A DNA stretch of 64,000 bases. It comes from Nematocida ausubeli. Its lineage: Eukaryota. Shown piece after piece: positions 11,062 to 23,185 of this stretch; position 1 is the first letter of the stretch; each line of letters starts with the position of its first letter. Below the pieces are notes generated by a model that was given only the letters and a program-made list of their open reading frames with translations, was not told where the DNA came from and made no database searches. A program made the translations under genes and the position numbers. The stretch lies in the NCBI RefSeq assembly GCF_000738915.1, contig NW_026515636.1, positions 583,175-647,174 on the forward strand. The letters are read 5' to 3'.

Positions 11062-12900
11062 ATGACGAGAAGACTAGAGAGAAAAAACTGTAAGATAAAT
11101 AAAGAAAAAGAGAAGAATCATGAAAGACATGGGGATGTGTACATAAATAACTTGTGCTATGCATGTGGCCAACAAAGGCCTCGTAGAAAGAAAAGATACT
11201 TTCTAATAGGCATATTATTTGCACTTCTTGGATATTTCATGAAAATAGCGTATGAAAAGGCCTTTGAGAGAACTGTTATTATGAAGTTCATTCAGGAAAT
11301 GCTAAACTCAAAGGCAATCCTGAATATGAACCTAAGTGATGACACAAAGGCAAAGATACTTTACTACGCTGAGGTGGCTGCATTTGCCCCGTATGATGAA
11401 CTAAATGAAATGCCTGGGATGCAGGCCTACAAAAAAGGTCTTGTTGGGAAGCATCCAATCGTAATAATCCCAGGTATTGCAAATACTTCTTTGGAATTAT
11501 GGCGTACCAAGCAGGAAAATAACTCTTTCTTCAGGAAGAGAATATGGGGATCACATTCAACCCTTACATTTATGCTGCATAACCGAGAAGAATGGATAAA
11601 CAGCATGAAATTAGACACTGAGACAGGACTAGATCCGCCTGGAATAAAAGTAAGGGCATGCAGTGGATTAGAGTCTTCTGACTTCTCTATACCTGGGATG
11701 TGGTTTTGGTGGAAAATAGTTGAAAACCTGTCGTACATTGGGTACGATGCAGCTGATATTCACTTTGCAGCATTTGATTGGAGGCTGGGAATTGAGGAAT
11801 TAGAAGCCCGTGATAGTTACTTTACAAAGTTAAAAGTAGACATTGAAATACTTCATGACAGAAGGAAAGAGAAGGTGCTTACAGTAGCACACAGCATGGG
11901 ATCACTTATATTTCACTATTTCATGCAGTGGGTCTCAGAGATAGATGATAAATGGGTGGATAAGTACATACATAGTGCAGTATATATAGGACCACCTTTA
12001 CTTGGAGCCCCAAAGGCAGTGGGTGGTTTGCTCACTGGGGAAGTTAAAGACACAGTTGACATGGGGGCCTTCCAGTATGCAATTGTAGAACTGCTTTTTG
12101 GAAAAAAGAGTAGACATGAATTATTCAGGACATGGGGTTCTCTTGTTTATCTGCTGCCAAAGGGTGGGGACAATATATGGACAGCAAAGGGCATGAAGCA
12201 CCCGGACTTAGTCTCAATCAGAAAGATAACTCACATACAGAAGTCTTCTGGGGGCATGGGTGACTATAAATTCATCAACTACAAAGACGTACTCTCAATG
12301 GTTAAAGATGTTTTACCTTCCTACAATAAGACTATCCATGAGAAGATCTTAAACCCACAGAAAAAAGAAGATAAATGGGCAAATCCATTGGAAACTCCCC
12401 TTCCAAATGCACCAGACCTGACTATATACTCATTGTATGGGATAAATAAGCCAACTGAATGTGGATATTATTTTACATCCAGAAATGGTGTTATAAACAT
12501 AGATAAGGAAATATCTTCAGACCAGAATAGTGTATACAATGGAGTGGTTCTAAGGGATGGTGATGGAACTGTTCCTGTCATATCGATGGGATACATGGGT
12601 GTGTCAGGCTGGAAAAAAAAGTCCCTTAATCCGCATGGAATTAGAACCATAAATAGAGAGTACAAGCACATTCCATCAACTTCTCTTCTGGAGTTAAGAG
12701 GAGGCAAGTATACTGCAGAGCACGTGAATATCCTGGGGAATATAGATTTAATTGAAGACATATTGGAGATATCCACAGGTAAATCACTCCCTGATAAAAT
12801 TATCTCAAATCTTGTAGAAATGTCTGAGATAATAGATGAGAGTATGGGGAAAAAGAAGGAAAGCAGTACCAAGGACAGTAGAGTAGACACAACAGGATAG
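11062..12900 (+). CDS. LRO1: phospholipid:diacylglycerol acyltransferase (LCAT/PDAT family)
   Basis: N-terminal TM; HPIVIIPG, LDTETGLDPPGIKVR, FDWRL, AHSMG nucleophile, DGDGTVP, AEHVNILG. Confidence 0.93.
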   Translation: MTRRLERKNCKINKEKEKNHERHGDVYINNLCYACGQQRPRRKKRYFLIGILFALLGYFMKIAYEKAFERTVIMKFIQEMLNSKAILNMNLSDDTKAKILYYAEVAAFAPYDELNEMPGMQAYKKGLVGKHPIVIIPGIANTSLELWRTKQENNSFFRKRIWGSHSTLTFMLHNREEWINSMKLDTETGLDPPGIKVRACSGLESSDFSIPGMWFWWKIVENLSYIGYDAADIHFAAFDWRLGIEELEARDSYFTKLKVDIEILHDRRKEKVLTVAHSMGSLIFHYFMQWVSEIDDKWVDKYIHSAVYIGPPLLGAPKAVGGLLTGEVKDTVDMGAFQYAIVELLFGKKSRHELFRTWGSLVYLLPKGGDNIWTAKGMKHPDLVSIRKITHIQKSSGGMGDYKFINYKDVLSMVKDVLPSYNKTIHEKILNPQKKEDKWANPLETPLPNAPDLTIYSLYGINKPTECGYYFTSRNGVINIDKEISSDQNSVYNGVVLRDGDGTVPVISMGYMGVSGWKKKSLNPHGIRTINREYKHIPSTSLLELRGGKYTAEHVNILGNIDLIEDILEISTGKSLPDKIISNLVEMSEIIDESMGKKKESSTKDSRVDTTG

Positions 12901-13288
12901 ACTGCATTCAAGGCAACTAGAGTAAATAGTACTAGAATATTTCAGAAGACAGATTATTTGGTATTTTAATCTTCCAAAAATAAGCATACGCTGTAATACT
13001 TTCAAAATCACCTGAAAATAAGCAGAATTAACTGAAATGCATTCATATAGTGCATAATACTCCTTAAATATAGTAGACTACTTATATACTGCCTCTTTTA
13101 AGGTAATAATATGCTTAATTTAGACTAATTTTCAACCTTTTCAAATTATGCTTAATAAAGTACTATCTCTACTGTACCATGCACCTGATAAAAATATTCA
13201 CTTTCTGCTGGTGTGACCCTCTTCTGCACCATCTTACAGTGAAGAGGTTCATTAATAGAAAAGTTCTGAAAATAAAAAAACAAAAGGC

Positions 13289-14077
13289 ATGGAGAAAGAC
13301 AGAAACACAGAAAATGAAATAAGGAATGTGTGGAAGCACAACCTGGAGGAAGAAATTGAACTTCTATCCCAGAAAATAGAAGAGTACCCGTATATTGCCA
13401 TAGATACAGAATTCCCTGGGGTCATTGCTAAGCCCATAGGAACTTTCACTGCACAGACAGTCTACACCTACCACCAGCTACGGTGCAATGTGAGTCTTCT
13501 TAGCTTAATACAGCTAGGAATATCACTTTCCAACGAAAAAGGAGACAGACCCATTCCAAGCACCTGGCAGTTTAACTTTCATTTTGATAAGAAAGGAAGT
13601 ATGTCAGCCAGAGAGTCCATGTACGTTCTGGAGCAGGCTGGCATTGACTTTGATAGGCTCTATAAAGATGGAATAAATATTGAAGTGTTTGCTGAACTAA
13701 TCACCATCTCTGGGCTATTAATGAATAAGTCACTGAAATGGATCTCATTCCACTCTGCGTATGACTTTGGGTACTTTATCAAGGCAATCACAGGAGAAGA
13801 TCTTCCTGTCTCTATGGACGAATTCTCCTACATACTCTCAAAGGTATTTCCGTATTTTTACGACATAAAGTACCTGATAAATATCATGGGGAAAAAAGGT
13901 GGTCTGCAGGACCTGGCTGACCAGCTGTCTGTCTGCCGAGAGGGCATACAGCACCAGGCAGGAAGTGATGCCTTGCTGACCCTAAAGGTCTTCCATACGC
14001 TTAAGACAGAAGTAATTCCAGATGCAGAGCAGAATGCAAAGTATAAATGTAAATTATTCGGAATTGATGCAGTCTAA
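13289..14077 (+). CDS. CAF1: CCR4-NOT deadenylase subunit CAF1/POP2 (DEDD nuclease)
   Basis: IAIDTEFPG, LIQLGISL, WQFNF, FHSAYDFGY, HQAGSDALLT. Confidence 0.96.
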   Translation: MEKDRNTENEIRNVWKHNLEEEIELLSQKIEEYPYIAIDTEFPGVIAKPIGTFTAQTVYTYHQLRCNVSLLSLIQLGISLSNEKGDRPIPSTWQFNFHFDKKGSMSARESMYVLEQAGIDFDRLYKDGINIEVFAELITISGLLMNKSLKWISFHSAYDFGYFIKAITGEDLPVSMDEFSYILSKVFPYFYDIKYLINIMGKKGGLQDLADQLSVCREGIQHQAGSDALLTLKVFHTLKTEVIPDAEQNAKYKCKLFGIDAV

Positions 14078-14847
14078 GCACTAAACCACCGTGCATATAA
14101 ATTAAAGGGCACCCTGCAGATCCAATATTATGAGTGGCTGCAGCTTCAATATGAATGCATGCACAGTAAAAGTCTCTCATGACAAAGAATTCTCTGAATG
14201 GAAATCTGCCCAGAAAAGACTGCAGAACACCTTGGTATGAGTATTCATGAGTCTATTGCTAGATGCAGTTTAATAAATAGCCAAGTCTATTGTAGTATAC
14301 TTAACTAGGACACTGCACCATATATATTTGTTTAAATATACGCTTGTATCTGGTCCCTAGTAAACTTTGACTTAATTCTGGCTAAATCCCAAGGATGCAA
14401 TAGTTCAAAATATCAGTCCCAAGTATATATTACTCCCTGTCCTACTGCTAATTCGTGTTACTTTCATAAGATTATGTGTTAATTTGCTTCTTGCAAGAAA
14501 TAGACCAGTCTATAACCCGAATAATTTAATTTATGTATCCTACAGGTAATAGAACTACAATAAAATTACATATTCCAAATTAGTTACATACAAAGAATAT
14601 TTACTTAGATAGACTAAATATTATGACTATTTAAGCTACAATCTATATAAATCTTATTTCTCCTAATATTTACTAAATTATTTGTTCCTGCTGTTATACT
14701 TTCCACTCAGTCTCTGCTGTGATATTTTTTCAAGAATATTTTTGTCTAGAGACACTAATACATATATGACTAGAGCTTTCCTAAAGAATAAACAGTACTA
14801 GTTCCCATATGAAGCAAAAGAAATAAGTTGAGTGGTATTTTATTTGC

Positions 14848-15456
14848 TTAGATGTCTATGCAGCACCAAGCAGATGGCTGCACTACAACCCTTTCAGTGT
14901 ATGACGTGTTATTTGAAATATGCTTAAATAAAGAACTTATTCCTTCTCCTGTTTTTGCTGACCCTGAGAAGTGATGCATCTCGTACTCCGTGAAATATTC
15001 GTTTGTTACTTCTGATATTTCCTTGAGCCTTTGGACCATCCCTGGATCTGGGAAGCCTTTGTTCAGGAAGGATGCTGACTCTGTGGGTTTGAATAAAAGA
15101 TCTGTTTTGTTCCCAAAAACAACAAGAGAGGCTGTTTTGTTTTTGGTTCTGACCTCAGAGCACCATTGCTGTGCTATTTTTATGCTAAGTCTATCTGTTA
15201 TATCATATACTACAAGTACTGTATTTGCATCCCTATAATACAACGGTGCAATTGCCCCATATCTCTCCTGGCCTGCTGTGTCCCAAAGGTCCAGATGAAA
15301 TGTCTGTCCATCCCTCTGGATCTCTTTTGTTTGAAATGCAGCCCCAATTGTTGCAGCTTGGTTTGGATCAAAGCCCCCACTGATATACTTCTTGGCTAGG
15401 CTTGTTTTCCCTGAACTGCAGCTTCCCAGTATTACTATCTTAGCCCTGCGCTCCAT
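14848..15456 (-). CDS. Rab GTPase, Rab5/Ypt51-like
   Basis: GSCSSGKTS, TIGAAFQTK, WDTAGQERY, APLYYRDA, GNKTDL, SAKTG; C-terminal CC. Confidence 0.9.
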   Translation of the reverse strand: MERRAKIVILGSCSSGKTSLAKKYISGGFDPNQAATIGAAFQTKEIQRDGQTFHLDLWDTAGQERYGAIAPLYYRDANTVLVVYDITDRLSIKIAQQWCSEVRTKNKTASLVVFGNKTDLLFKPTESASFLNKGFPDPGMVQRLKEISEVTNEYFTEYEMHHFSGSAKTGEGISSLFKHISNNTSYTERVVVQPSAWCCIDI

Positions 15457-15503
15457 CTTTATTTACTATTAGTATTTATTTATCTATTTGTTTGCTTAAG
15501 AGA

Positions 15504-16523
15504 ATGCTAACAAAATGCGCATTAGAAAATATCACACGCGCTGAGTCTATGAACTTGGAGCTACTCATTACAGGTGCCCCTAACACGTATCATGAAGCAT
15601 CCTATCACCTTGATGTAGTGAATGCTGAGGAGAGCGAGCCCTTTACCTTAGAGTCTTTTAGAAAGTCAATTTTGGAGGCTCTGAAAGTTGGCAAGGAGTA
15701 TATACTGGCGAAAGTAACTACTTCTGACCCAACAAACGCCACATCACTGTATAATTATTACTACTCTGCGTTTGAGATTAACAAAATTCTTTTTAAATAC
15801 GAAGCAGACAGACACCTTCTCCATAGAATGAAGGTCCGAAATCCAATGAATAATATGTTTATTATGGGGCAAGTATATTACTACAAAATAGGATATGATT
15901 CTTTAGAGGCTGCGTTGCAGGAGTATGACCATCCTACAGCTGAGAGTGCACGCGGAAAGATGAAAGCATTCAGTGAGGTTCTTCCTATTTCTAGAAATAC
16001 TCATAGTTCTTATATAGACAAGCTTAGTGTGCAAAAAGAACCAGAGCTTAGAACTATTTCAAGAGATCTATTTGAAAATCTAGCACACCCACAGGAGACT
16101 GCTGTAGATACAGAGAAGAAACTGCGAATACGTGCAGTGTACTTCGCAAATGACGGTGACTTTTTGGTTAAATCTGGTACTAGAGAGTTTTTTAAGAAGA
16201 ATGCTGTGAACACAGATGACTACTTTATATTTAAACTTGAGAGAACACAAAACGACTTTTTAGCACTTTTAGACTCTCCTACAGGAAGTGAGTCTAATGA
16301 CGAGGCAGAGACTTGGAAGAGAGCCCTTACTGCGCATCTAAGCTTTATATTGGTGATTATGTGTCTTCTTCTGTTTCTTGGTACGTTCCCTCTGGTTTTC
16401 TTTATTGTTTTTCCGCTTGTTATTTTATTTCTACTTTCTATGCTCTTCTCTCTCTTCTATATATTCTGTTGCAGAAGAAGAACTTTTGGAAGTATAGATG
16501 TAAATGACGTGGAAGAAGTGTAA
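15504..16523 (+). CDS. hypothetical membrane-anchored protein with two C-terminal TM helices
   Basis: ATG at 15504; 339 aa; soluble N-domain and hydrophobic C-terminus followed by CCRRR. Confidence 0.8.
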   Translation: MLTKCALENITRAESMNLELLITGAPNTYHEASYHLDVVNAEESEPFTLESFRKSILEALKVGKEYILAKVTTSDPTNATSLYNYYYSAFEINKILFKYEADRHLLHRMKVRNPMNNMFIMGQVYYYKIGYDSLEAALQEYDHPTAESARGKMKAFSEVLPISRNTHSSYIDKLSVQKEPELRTISRDLFENLAHPQETAVDTEKKLRIRAVYFANDGDFLVKSGTREFFKKNAVNTDDYFIFKLERTQNDFLALLDSPTGSESNDEAETWKRALTAHLSFILVIMCLLLFLGTFPLVFFIVFPLVILFLLSMLFSLFYIFCCRRRTFGSIDVNDVEEV

Positions 16524-16921
16524 TTGTAGATAAATCATAAAGAACTCCATCAAAAATAAAATAAACCAATAATGATACGTATACAATGAGATATTTATAT
16601 TTTATGTGCTTGCTGCTTCTTAAGATAATTTAGATTCTGTGCACTAATATTCTCTTTAATTCTTATAGAAATAGGAGTATGCGAATTACAACCATGGATT
16701 TATTTAAGAAGAAGTCACTGTAGATGAATTTGTCTTCTTCTTCAAATGAATAGATGAATATTTCTTCTTGAATATTAGACTTACCCATGCTAAATTTAGA
16801 TCTGATTTATTCTCAATCTCTATTTAGTTATTATTTGGAGTTTCCTGCGAGTATCTTTCCCAGAGACAAAGCCAATAATTATGAACAAAGAGGGAGTGCA
16901 TCTGAATGGTTAAATTAAATC

Positions 16922-16980
16922 ACTATTATTGACATATAACCAAACATAGTGCGATATATCATATTTGTCTTTACTTAAAG
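16922..16980 (-). repeat. fragment of dispersed element A
   Basis: ACTATTATTGACATATAACC is identical to 4527-4546; weaker similarity continues about 40 bp. Confidence 0.6.
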
Positions 16981-17510
16981 CCTGGGAGACAGCAAATAAT
17001 CTATACCTTACGCTTCTGTCCCAAGAAGGATATTTCATGTCTTCAAACAGAAGAAACCAACAGTTAGCTAATACTCTTTGTTCTACTGCACATGTAATAT
17101 CTTAATTAGTCCTTTATCTAGCAAATACTCCTGTATATAACCTTTCTAATTATAATATTCATGCAAAGGGTAAATATTCACTAATACTAGCTAGTTATTT
17201 TATCCATATCCACTAGAATACTTATAACACGCATATTATCTATATTAGATCTATTTACATAAAGATAAAAGGGCTTAAACAGACAATCTAAATTATATAA
17301 ATCACTGATTCTGTCGATACAAAATACTCTTTCTTATTTACACCCATAGATCCACTTAAACTCATAATTCCCTTTTTAGTGAATTTCCATAAAATGAAAA
17401 TACAACATATACTTCTGAATTATTCTGTAATATATTTATATATTCTTTTGTTCTTACCTGCCTTAAAGCACTTACATAAAATAAATTAATTTTAGCTATT
17501 GTTTATAAAA

Positions 17511-18722
17511 ATGGACACTCTTTTAGATTTCTATAAGGAAATCTTATCGGAAGATGCACCATTTCAAACATATTCAGTACTATCTATATCTGTGGTTTTG
17601 TTTACGGCCCTCTGCATCTTCATTACAAACACATGCATTTTTAGTGAACTAGATAAAATTACTGCAAAGATAGGATACTCTACGGTTGGGTTTAAAAGCA
17701 CTTTACTTTTATTTGGGACTCTTTATGCGCCAGTCATTACTTCCTTGCAAGATATTAAACTAGGTGATGCTGTGTGGCACCATACCATTGTGTTCAGTAT
17801 TACTGTCCTATGCGGGTTCTGTATTCTCTTGAAAAGAGGCAAGAAACGAGTCTGTGAAGAGAGTGTGCGCCACATAATCTTCTTCCAAACAATTGGGACT
17901 CTGGCATCTCCTATGCTGGGCATATACTCCATGCGGTCTTCCTACAGCAGCATCTTTTTGTTTGCACTTTATTTAATATACATAGTACTTTTCTCTACGC
18001 ACAGGAAGGAAGTTCATATTAACCTTCTGATAGACCAGACTACGCGTATGCCTTTTCTTGCAAGTGTAGTGGATAAAATACTTAATAGATCTAAAGAAGG
18101 CAGCCAAAAAGAGTGGGTGAGTACTTTGGTCTCTTCTGTTACGATGGGGACTCTAGTTGGAAGAACCTTTTTTGGGAAAGACAGCATACTCCTTGGGGTG
18201 GGCGTATTCCTGGTTCTTTCAATTCTCTCAATGCAAACCAAAAAAACAAGTTGGTTTAGAAATGCATATTCATTTACATGTGCTTGTATTATTCTTAAAG
18301 CTGTATCGATACACATATACAGCATACTAAGGGTTCTATTTTCAAGTGTATATATGACATATTTAGGATACATTTTAATTACCAATATATATCTTCTGTT
18401 TCCATTGTGTGTGATTTTGGCTGTGGGAATGGCACAGAAGAGATATAAGCTTTGTTTTACAACAGCATTATCTATGCCAATTCATGTGTTTCTATTCCAA
18501 AAGGCAGTGTACCCTCATGTATACATAAATCCATATTACTTGTTGGTGGTGGATAGAATTACCCTGTATTCTATTATTTTTATTGCTATTTCCACCATAC
18601 TTCTATTTGCAAACAATGAAATTCGCTCTGGTCTCTTTGAGGTAGAAGTTGGAGGAATTCTTCTTTCGCTCTACGTAGTGTACATACTCTGTATATTATG
18701 CCACCCAACACTATCAAAATAA
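17511..18722 (+). CDS. multi-pass membrane protein, probable divergent Ca2+/cation antiporter (CaCA family)
   Basis: About 10-11 hydrophobic segments in two blocks. STLLLFGTLYAP resembles the alpha-1 repeat; GGILLSLYVVYI resembles the terminal helix. Family assignment is inference. Confidence 0.6.
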   Translation: MDTLLDFYKEILSEDAPFQTYSVLSISVVLFTALCIFITNTCIFSELDKITAKIGYSTVGFKSTLLLFGTLYAPVITSLQDIKLGDAVWHHTIVFSITVLCGFCILLKRGKKRVCEESVRHIIFFQTIGTLASPMLGIYSMRSSYSSIFLFALYLIYIVLFSTHRKEVHINLLIDQTTRMPFLASVVDKILNRSKEGSQKEWVSTLVSSVTMGTLVGRTFFGKDSILLGVGVFLVLSILSMQTKKTSWFRNAYSFTCACIILKAVSIHIYSILRVLFSSVYMTYLGYILITNIYLLFPLCVILAVGMAQKRYKLCFTTALSMPIHVFLFQKAVYPHVYINPYYLLVVDRITLYSIIFIAISTILLFANNEIRSGLFEVEVGGILLSLYVVYILCILCHPTLSK

Positions 18723-19083
18723 TCATATAAATAAATTGCACCCCACATTATATACAAGCTGTTTTTGGCAGTTACCCAGGGTACTCTTCTATTAACGTAT
18801 TTGAGCCTTCTGAAGAAATGCCAATTTAACGTATAAAATACAAAAGATAAATTCTTTCATTTCACTAACTGTTTAATCCATAAGCCATATGCCACAGTGT
18901 ATCTCATATAATATGTGTATTTCTAGCAGCACATATAAAAGGCCTGATATTTTAGAGATTGGAAACTCTTTATAATACTATTTCTAGTTACAGTATTTCC
19001 AGCTATATTTTGTCTTATTTATTGGTCTTTAATGCAATACTCTGCTATAATTTCTTTCTGTTGCATCCTCTAAACACTTCTCT

Positions 19084-19728
19084 TTACAAATTTGGTGTTT
19101 TTAAGGAGGCAGATGCTCTTTGCACTAATATTTCTGCGAGTGACTTATAGTCTTTGAGTTTAGTGGGTGCTGAAAAATAGACAGCCCCGTATGGGATTGT
19201 TTTATAATCAATTGCCTCAGGTGGAAATAAATACTCGCACACTGCAACTGAGATCTCTGGCAGCTGCGCCAGCACATTCTCTTCGATCTTTCTTCTTTTT
19301 ACGCACTCATTTGAAGTGGGTCTTTTCTCTCTTCCTAGCTGTTCTTTTATTTCCTGCACACGCGCAGCCACCTCTTTCGGTCCTTTTAGCTTTGATAGTT
19401 CAATGACTATCTCTTCCACCTGCTCCAAGTAGTCATTGTAGTCCTCTTCATCAGAATAGTCCTCCAAGTTCTTTCCCATCTGCGACGAAATCACCTTCCT
19501 TATTCTGCACTCTCTTTCTATGCACACGTCCTCAAATGTCTGACTCATGTAGTTAGACCTTCTCAAGGAAATTCCGCACTCTGGACATTTATTTGGGCCA
19601 TTTGCAAATAACCTTGAGACGCACATCTCGCACAAACTGTGGTAGCAAGGACTGACAAATATCTTCATGCTGGGATTTATGTATGAATTACTTTTGCACT
19701 GCGGACAAGACAGCTCAACATTTTCCAT
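19084..19728 (-). CDS. TFB3: CDK-activating kinase assembly factor MAT1/Tfb3 (RING)
   Basis: CPQCKSNSYINPSMKIFVSPCYHSLCEMCV...CPEC, QTFED, YNDYLEQVEEI. Confidence 0.93.
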   Translation of the reverse strand: MENVELSCPQCKSNSYINPSMKIFVSPCYHSLCEMCVSRLFANGPNKCPECGISLRRSNYMSQTFEDVCIERECRIRKVISSQMGKNLEDYSDEEDYNDYLEQVEEIVIELSKLKGPKEVAARVQEIKEQLGREKRPTSNECVKRRKIEENVLAQLPEISVAVCEYLFPPEAIDYKTIPYGAVYFSAPTKLKDYKSLAEILVQRASASLKTPNL

Positions 19729-20081
19729 AAAAAACTAATATTTTTCGTTCTATTTGAGTACACTATGCATGCAGAGAAGTAATTTATGTGCACTCCTTTT
19801 AACTGGCAAGTTAAAGGACTTTTCTACATGAAGATTTCTATCTATTCTAAAAGAGACAGAATATGTTTTCTATCTCTTTCTGCATAGACCCTTCTGAGTA
19901 TCTGAAATCTTCTTTATTTCATGATGAGTTCTTGTGTCTTTACATGTTCTTGCATAAGAGATATACTCACTGCAAAGTATGCAATAATATATATGCAGCA
20001 GAGTGTGCTTATATTCATTTGCAGTTATTCTTCTCCAACTTCTGCATTTCTATATTTTTACGTTTTTTTTATAGCCCACGT

Positions 20082-20294
20082 ATGGCAGGAACCAGAGGAA
20101 TAAGAAAATGCGCATTCATTAACAGACCAATTGCACCACATGACAAGTCTAGTGTTGTGTACACTATAGGAGTACTCGACGAGAACGGCAGATACACAGG
20201 AAAAGACACAATTCTCTCCGTGTGCGGTCAGATCCGAAAGAGTGGAGATGCAGACAAACTATTATATGCAAAGGCAGATGAGTTAATTCAATAA
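20082..20294 (+). CDS. RPS21: 40S ribosomal protein S21 (eS21)
   Basis: RKC..NR.I...D.SSV, DENGRYTG, CGQIR..GDAD. ATG at 20082 is preceded by CCC. Confidence 0.88.
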   Translation: MAGTRGIRKCAFINRPIAPHDKSSVVYTIGVLDENGRYTGKDTILSVCGQIRKSGDADKLLYAKADELIQ

Positions 20295-20328
20295 ATAAAT
20301 TCATAAATAAAATACTATTTGTTTGTTC

Positions 20329-21057
20329 ATGAGGATCTGCGTAGGAAACTGGAAAATGAATGGGACCAAGGAAATGGTTCAAAATATTTCACATAAAATG
20401 AATGAAAGGGAGGGTGATTTGGCAAATATTGAGGTAGTAATATGTGTTCCATACACTTTACTCTATGAGGCAAGAAAGTCCTTTAGCTCAGCATTTGCAA
20501 TTGGAGCACAGACTATGTGTGCATATGCAGAAAAAGGGGCATACACTGGTGGAATAAGCATGGAGCAAATAAAGGATGCTCAGGTACAGAGTGTGATAAT
20601 TGGGCACTCTGAGAGAGTGAAATACTTCCATGAGACAGAAGAAGAGGTCAAGAATCAGGTGGAAATGGCAGTAAAGAATAGTCTAAGTGTTATTTTGTGT
20701 GTTGGTGAGCATACGAAAAATGGCAGTTTAGAAGAGAATTCACTTATTATTAAAAATAGGTTGAATATAGTGAAGAATCTTGGGGTTCCTAGTGCCAGGA
20801 TATACATAGCATACGAGCCTGTCTGGGCCATTGGCACTGGAGACATGCCGAGTGCAGAGAGGATTCAGAGGATAGTCCAAATGATACACGACGAGATGGG
20901 GGACAAGATACAAGGGATACTTTATGGGGGATCAGTTACAAAAGAGACCGTGCAGCCTCTTCTAAGTATCAGCCATCTAGCCGGCTTTCTTGTGGGCAAT
21001 GCATCTCTGACAACTGAATTTGCAGAAATATGCGAAATAGTTAGCCAAGCAAGCTGA
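20329..21057 (+). CDS. TPI1: triosephosphate isomerase
   Basis: VGNWKMNG, IIGHSER, IAYEPVWAIGTG, LYGGSV, GFLVGNASL. Confidence 0.97.
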   Translation: MRICVGNWKMNGTKEMVQNISHKMNEREGDLANIEVVICVPYTLLYEARKSFSSAFAIGAQTMCAYAEKGAYTGGISMEQIKDAQVQSVIIGHSERVKYFHETEEEVKNQVEMAVKNSLSVILCVGEHTKNGSLEENSLIIKNRLNIVKNLGVPSARIYIAYEPVWAIGTGDMPSAERIQRIVQMIHDEMGDKIQGILYGGSVTKETVQPLLSISHLAGFLVGNASLTTEFAEICEIVSQAS

Positions 21058-23185
21058 ATAAATCTGAAATAGAAATGGATTCGTCTAATTATGCGAAAAC
21101 GAGCTAAGTAAAGACTATATATGCAAAATTACATGCAGGAAAATCACTGTCTTCTTGACTGCCTATTTCTAAATTGTAGTTAGCATATATCCCTGCAGAA
21201 ATGATCTATTTACAGCAAATGCTATTTGTATACTCTTACAAATACTGGCTTATGAATAAAAATGATCTTTCTAACGTGCTAGTGCGAAGAATTAAGATAA
21301 ACCCAAGACAGTGTTAGCGCATAATTATGCAGTAGAAACCTCGTCTTATCTACTTTATTCCTAGCATGTTCTTCAGTGCCTCTGTGTATTTTTCACTAAG
21401 ACACATAGAGACAAAAAAAGCCTATTTTCATGGCAGGGCTTCCCAGGGATGAAGTAGAACTACAATTGGCAAGAACTTATAGGAAGAAGTATACTTAGAA
21501 ATACTCGGTAATATTGTATACACTAACACGCCAGACTCTAAAGTCTTCTTATCGAAGAAGTATCTATATCAATGCGCACTAGCCCGCATAGTGTGCATAA
21601 TAATATATTTTCTATTTAGGCTGGAAGCCAAGTAATAGAAGAACAAGAAAATTAAAAAATAGAAGAAGCAAAAAGCCCCATACAACCCAAGTCAAAGACA
21701 CAGAAGTTTTATAGACTCTGTAAGGGAGAATATGGATGTTCTTTGGTCTGAGTAGCAAAAATAATATAACCTGAATAAGAGCACAGAAATTATATAAGCA
21801 ATAGATGCTAATCCATCATATATGAAAAGTGTAAAAGAAGCAGTTGAGAGGAGACAGAAAATTAAACAAGTACAATGATGCGTGTAGTATTAAACACTGG
21901 GCTAGTGCACTCTAAAAATTAGTAAGTGTCTGTTTATAGGGTTATATGGGTGCTTTTTGATCTTTATTGAACTCCCATGGGATTATGTGTTTGTTTTCTA
22001 ATTGCTTCTTTTGCCATACTTGTTCATTTGTGGTTCTTTAATTTGTGCAACTTTTATGATTTTCCTGTGCTTTAGTCTTTTTTTATCATAAAATCCTTCA
22101 CTATAGCAATTATTATAGAAATATTATAGAAATATTATGTACACTTTGTTTTTACAATATGCAAGACAGAGAAAAAGAGCTTAAATGAAAAGAAAGAAAG
22201 ACAAAATAGACACACGGCCAAATAAGACATAGATTCACAGTATATGCGCAGATACATATATCTCATGGGTTAAACACATCTGTCTCTTTAGTGAATAAGA
22301 GCACTCAGACAGAGAGTGATATACAAGGCACCATTTAATGTGAAGCTGCAGTTTACACGGAAAACCCAGAAATTCGCATTATACGATATTTCGCAGCCCA
22401 TTCATAGACAAAGCCTAGTTAAATCCATTTCTAATATAACCCGAGATTTAAAGAAAAGCACATATATTTATACTAACCATAAGTATATATTATATTTTAC
22501 AAATTCATGTGCTCTTAAATACTATTATCCTTCTACTGCAGGATGAAAGATGCTATACCTCAAATAATCAATAAAATGCCAATATAACCAGAATATACAT
22601 AACCCGAATGCACTGTGCTCAAAACTCTTCAAATATATTCGAATTCCTTAGATGGAAAGTCCTTCTATAAAAGGGTAAGAGAAAATGCACTTTATATTTA
22701 AATTGAAATTGCTTTACTTATTAGAGCTAAATAGACAAGACTCTAATAGAAAATATTGCATTAGTACAAGTAAAATATCAACTGAAATATCCAGACACTA
22801 TGAAGCCATTTAGAACACATATATTCCCTATGTATCCAGGCACATCTTACAGTATATTTTCATAAAAGCCTTTCTAAAACTCCTGATGCATCACTCCCTT
22901 ATATTCTTATGCAGTACAGCAAAAAATATATTTAGCCAAAATGACTTAAATACTCATATTATGCCTAAGCCAGGCACCAAAAAATACATCTCTGGCATGG
23001 ATAGAATCTTACTTCTGCAACAAGGCTTTAAATTTAGCTGCCGCAGTATAGGCATACAGAAGGTTCAATTGAAGTATTAATGCAGAAACAACTGCCTAAC
23101 ATAGAACCCGCAAAAGACTGTAGAAAATAGCCAGAACTCAATAGACACAATAAACACACAAAGTTTTATTCTTATTTCCATAGTA

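Noticed and set aside
16100..16125. U6-like GATACAGAGAAGA
   Set aside because: Lies inside a CDS with no other U6 elements.
19863..20081. 73-aa N-terminal extension of RPS21 in the ORF track
   Set aside because: Composition is intergenic; homology and the CCC motif support ATG 20082.
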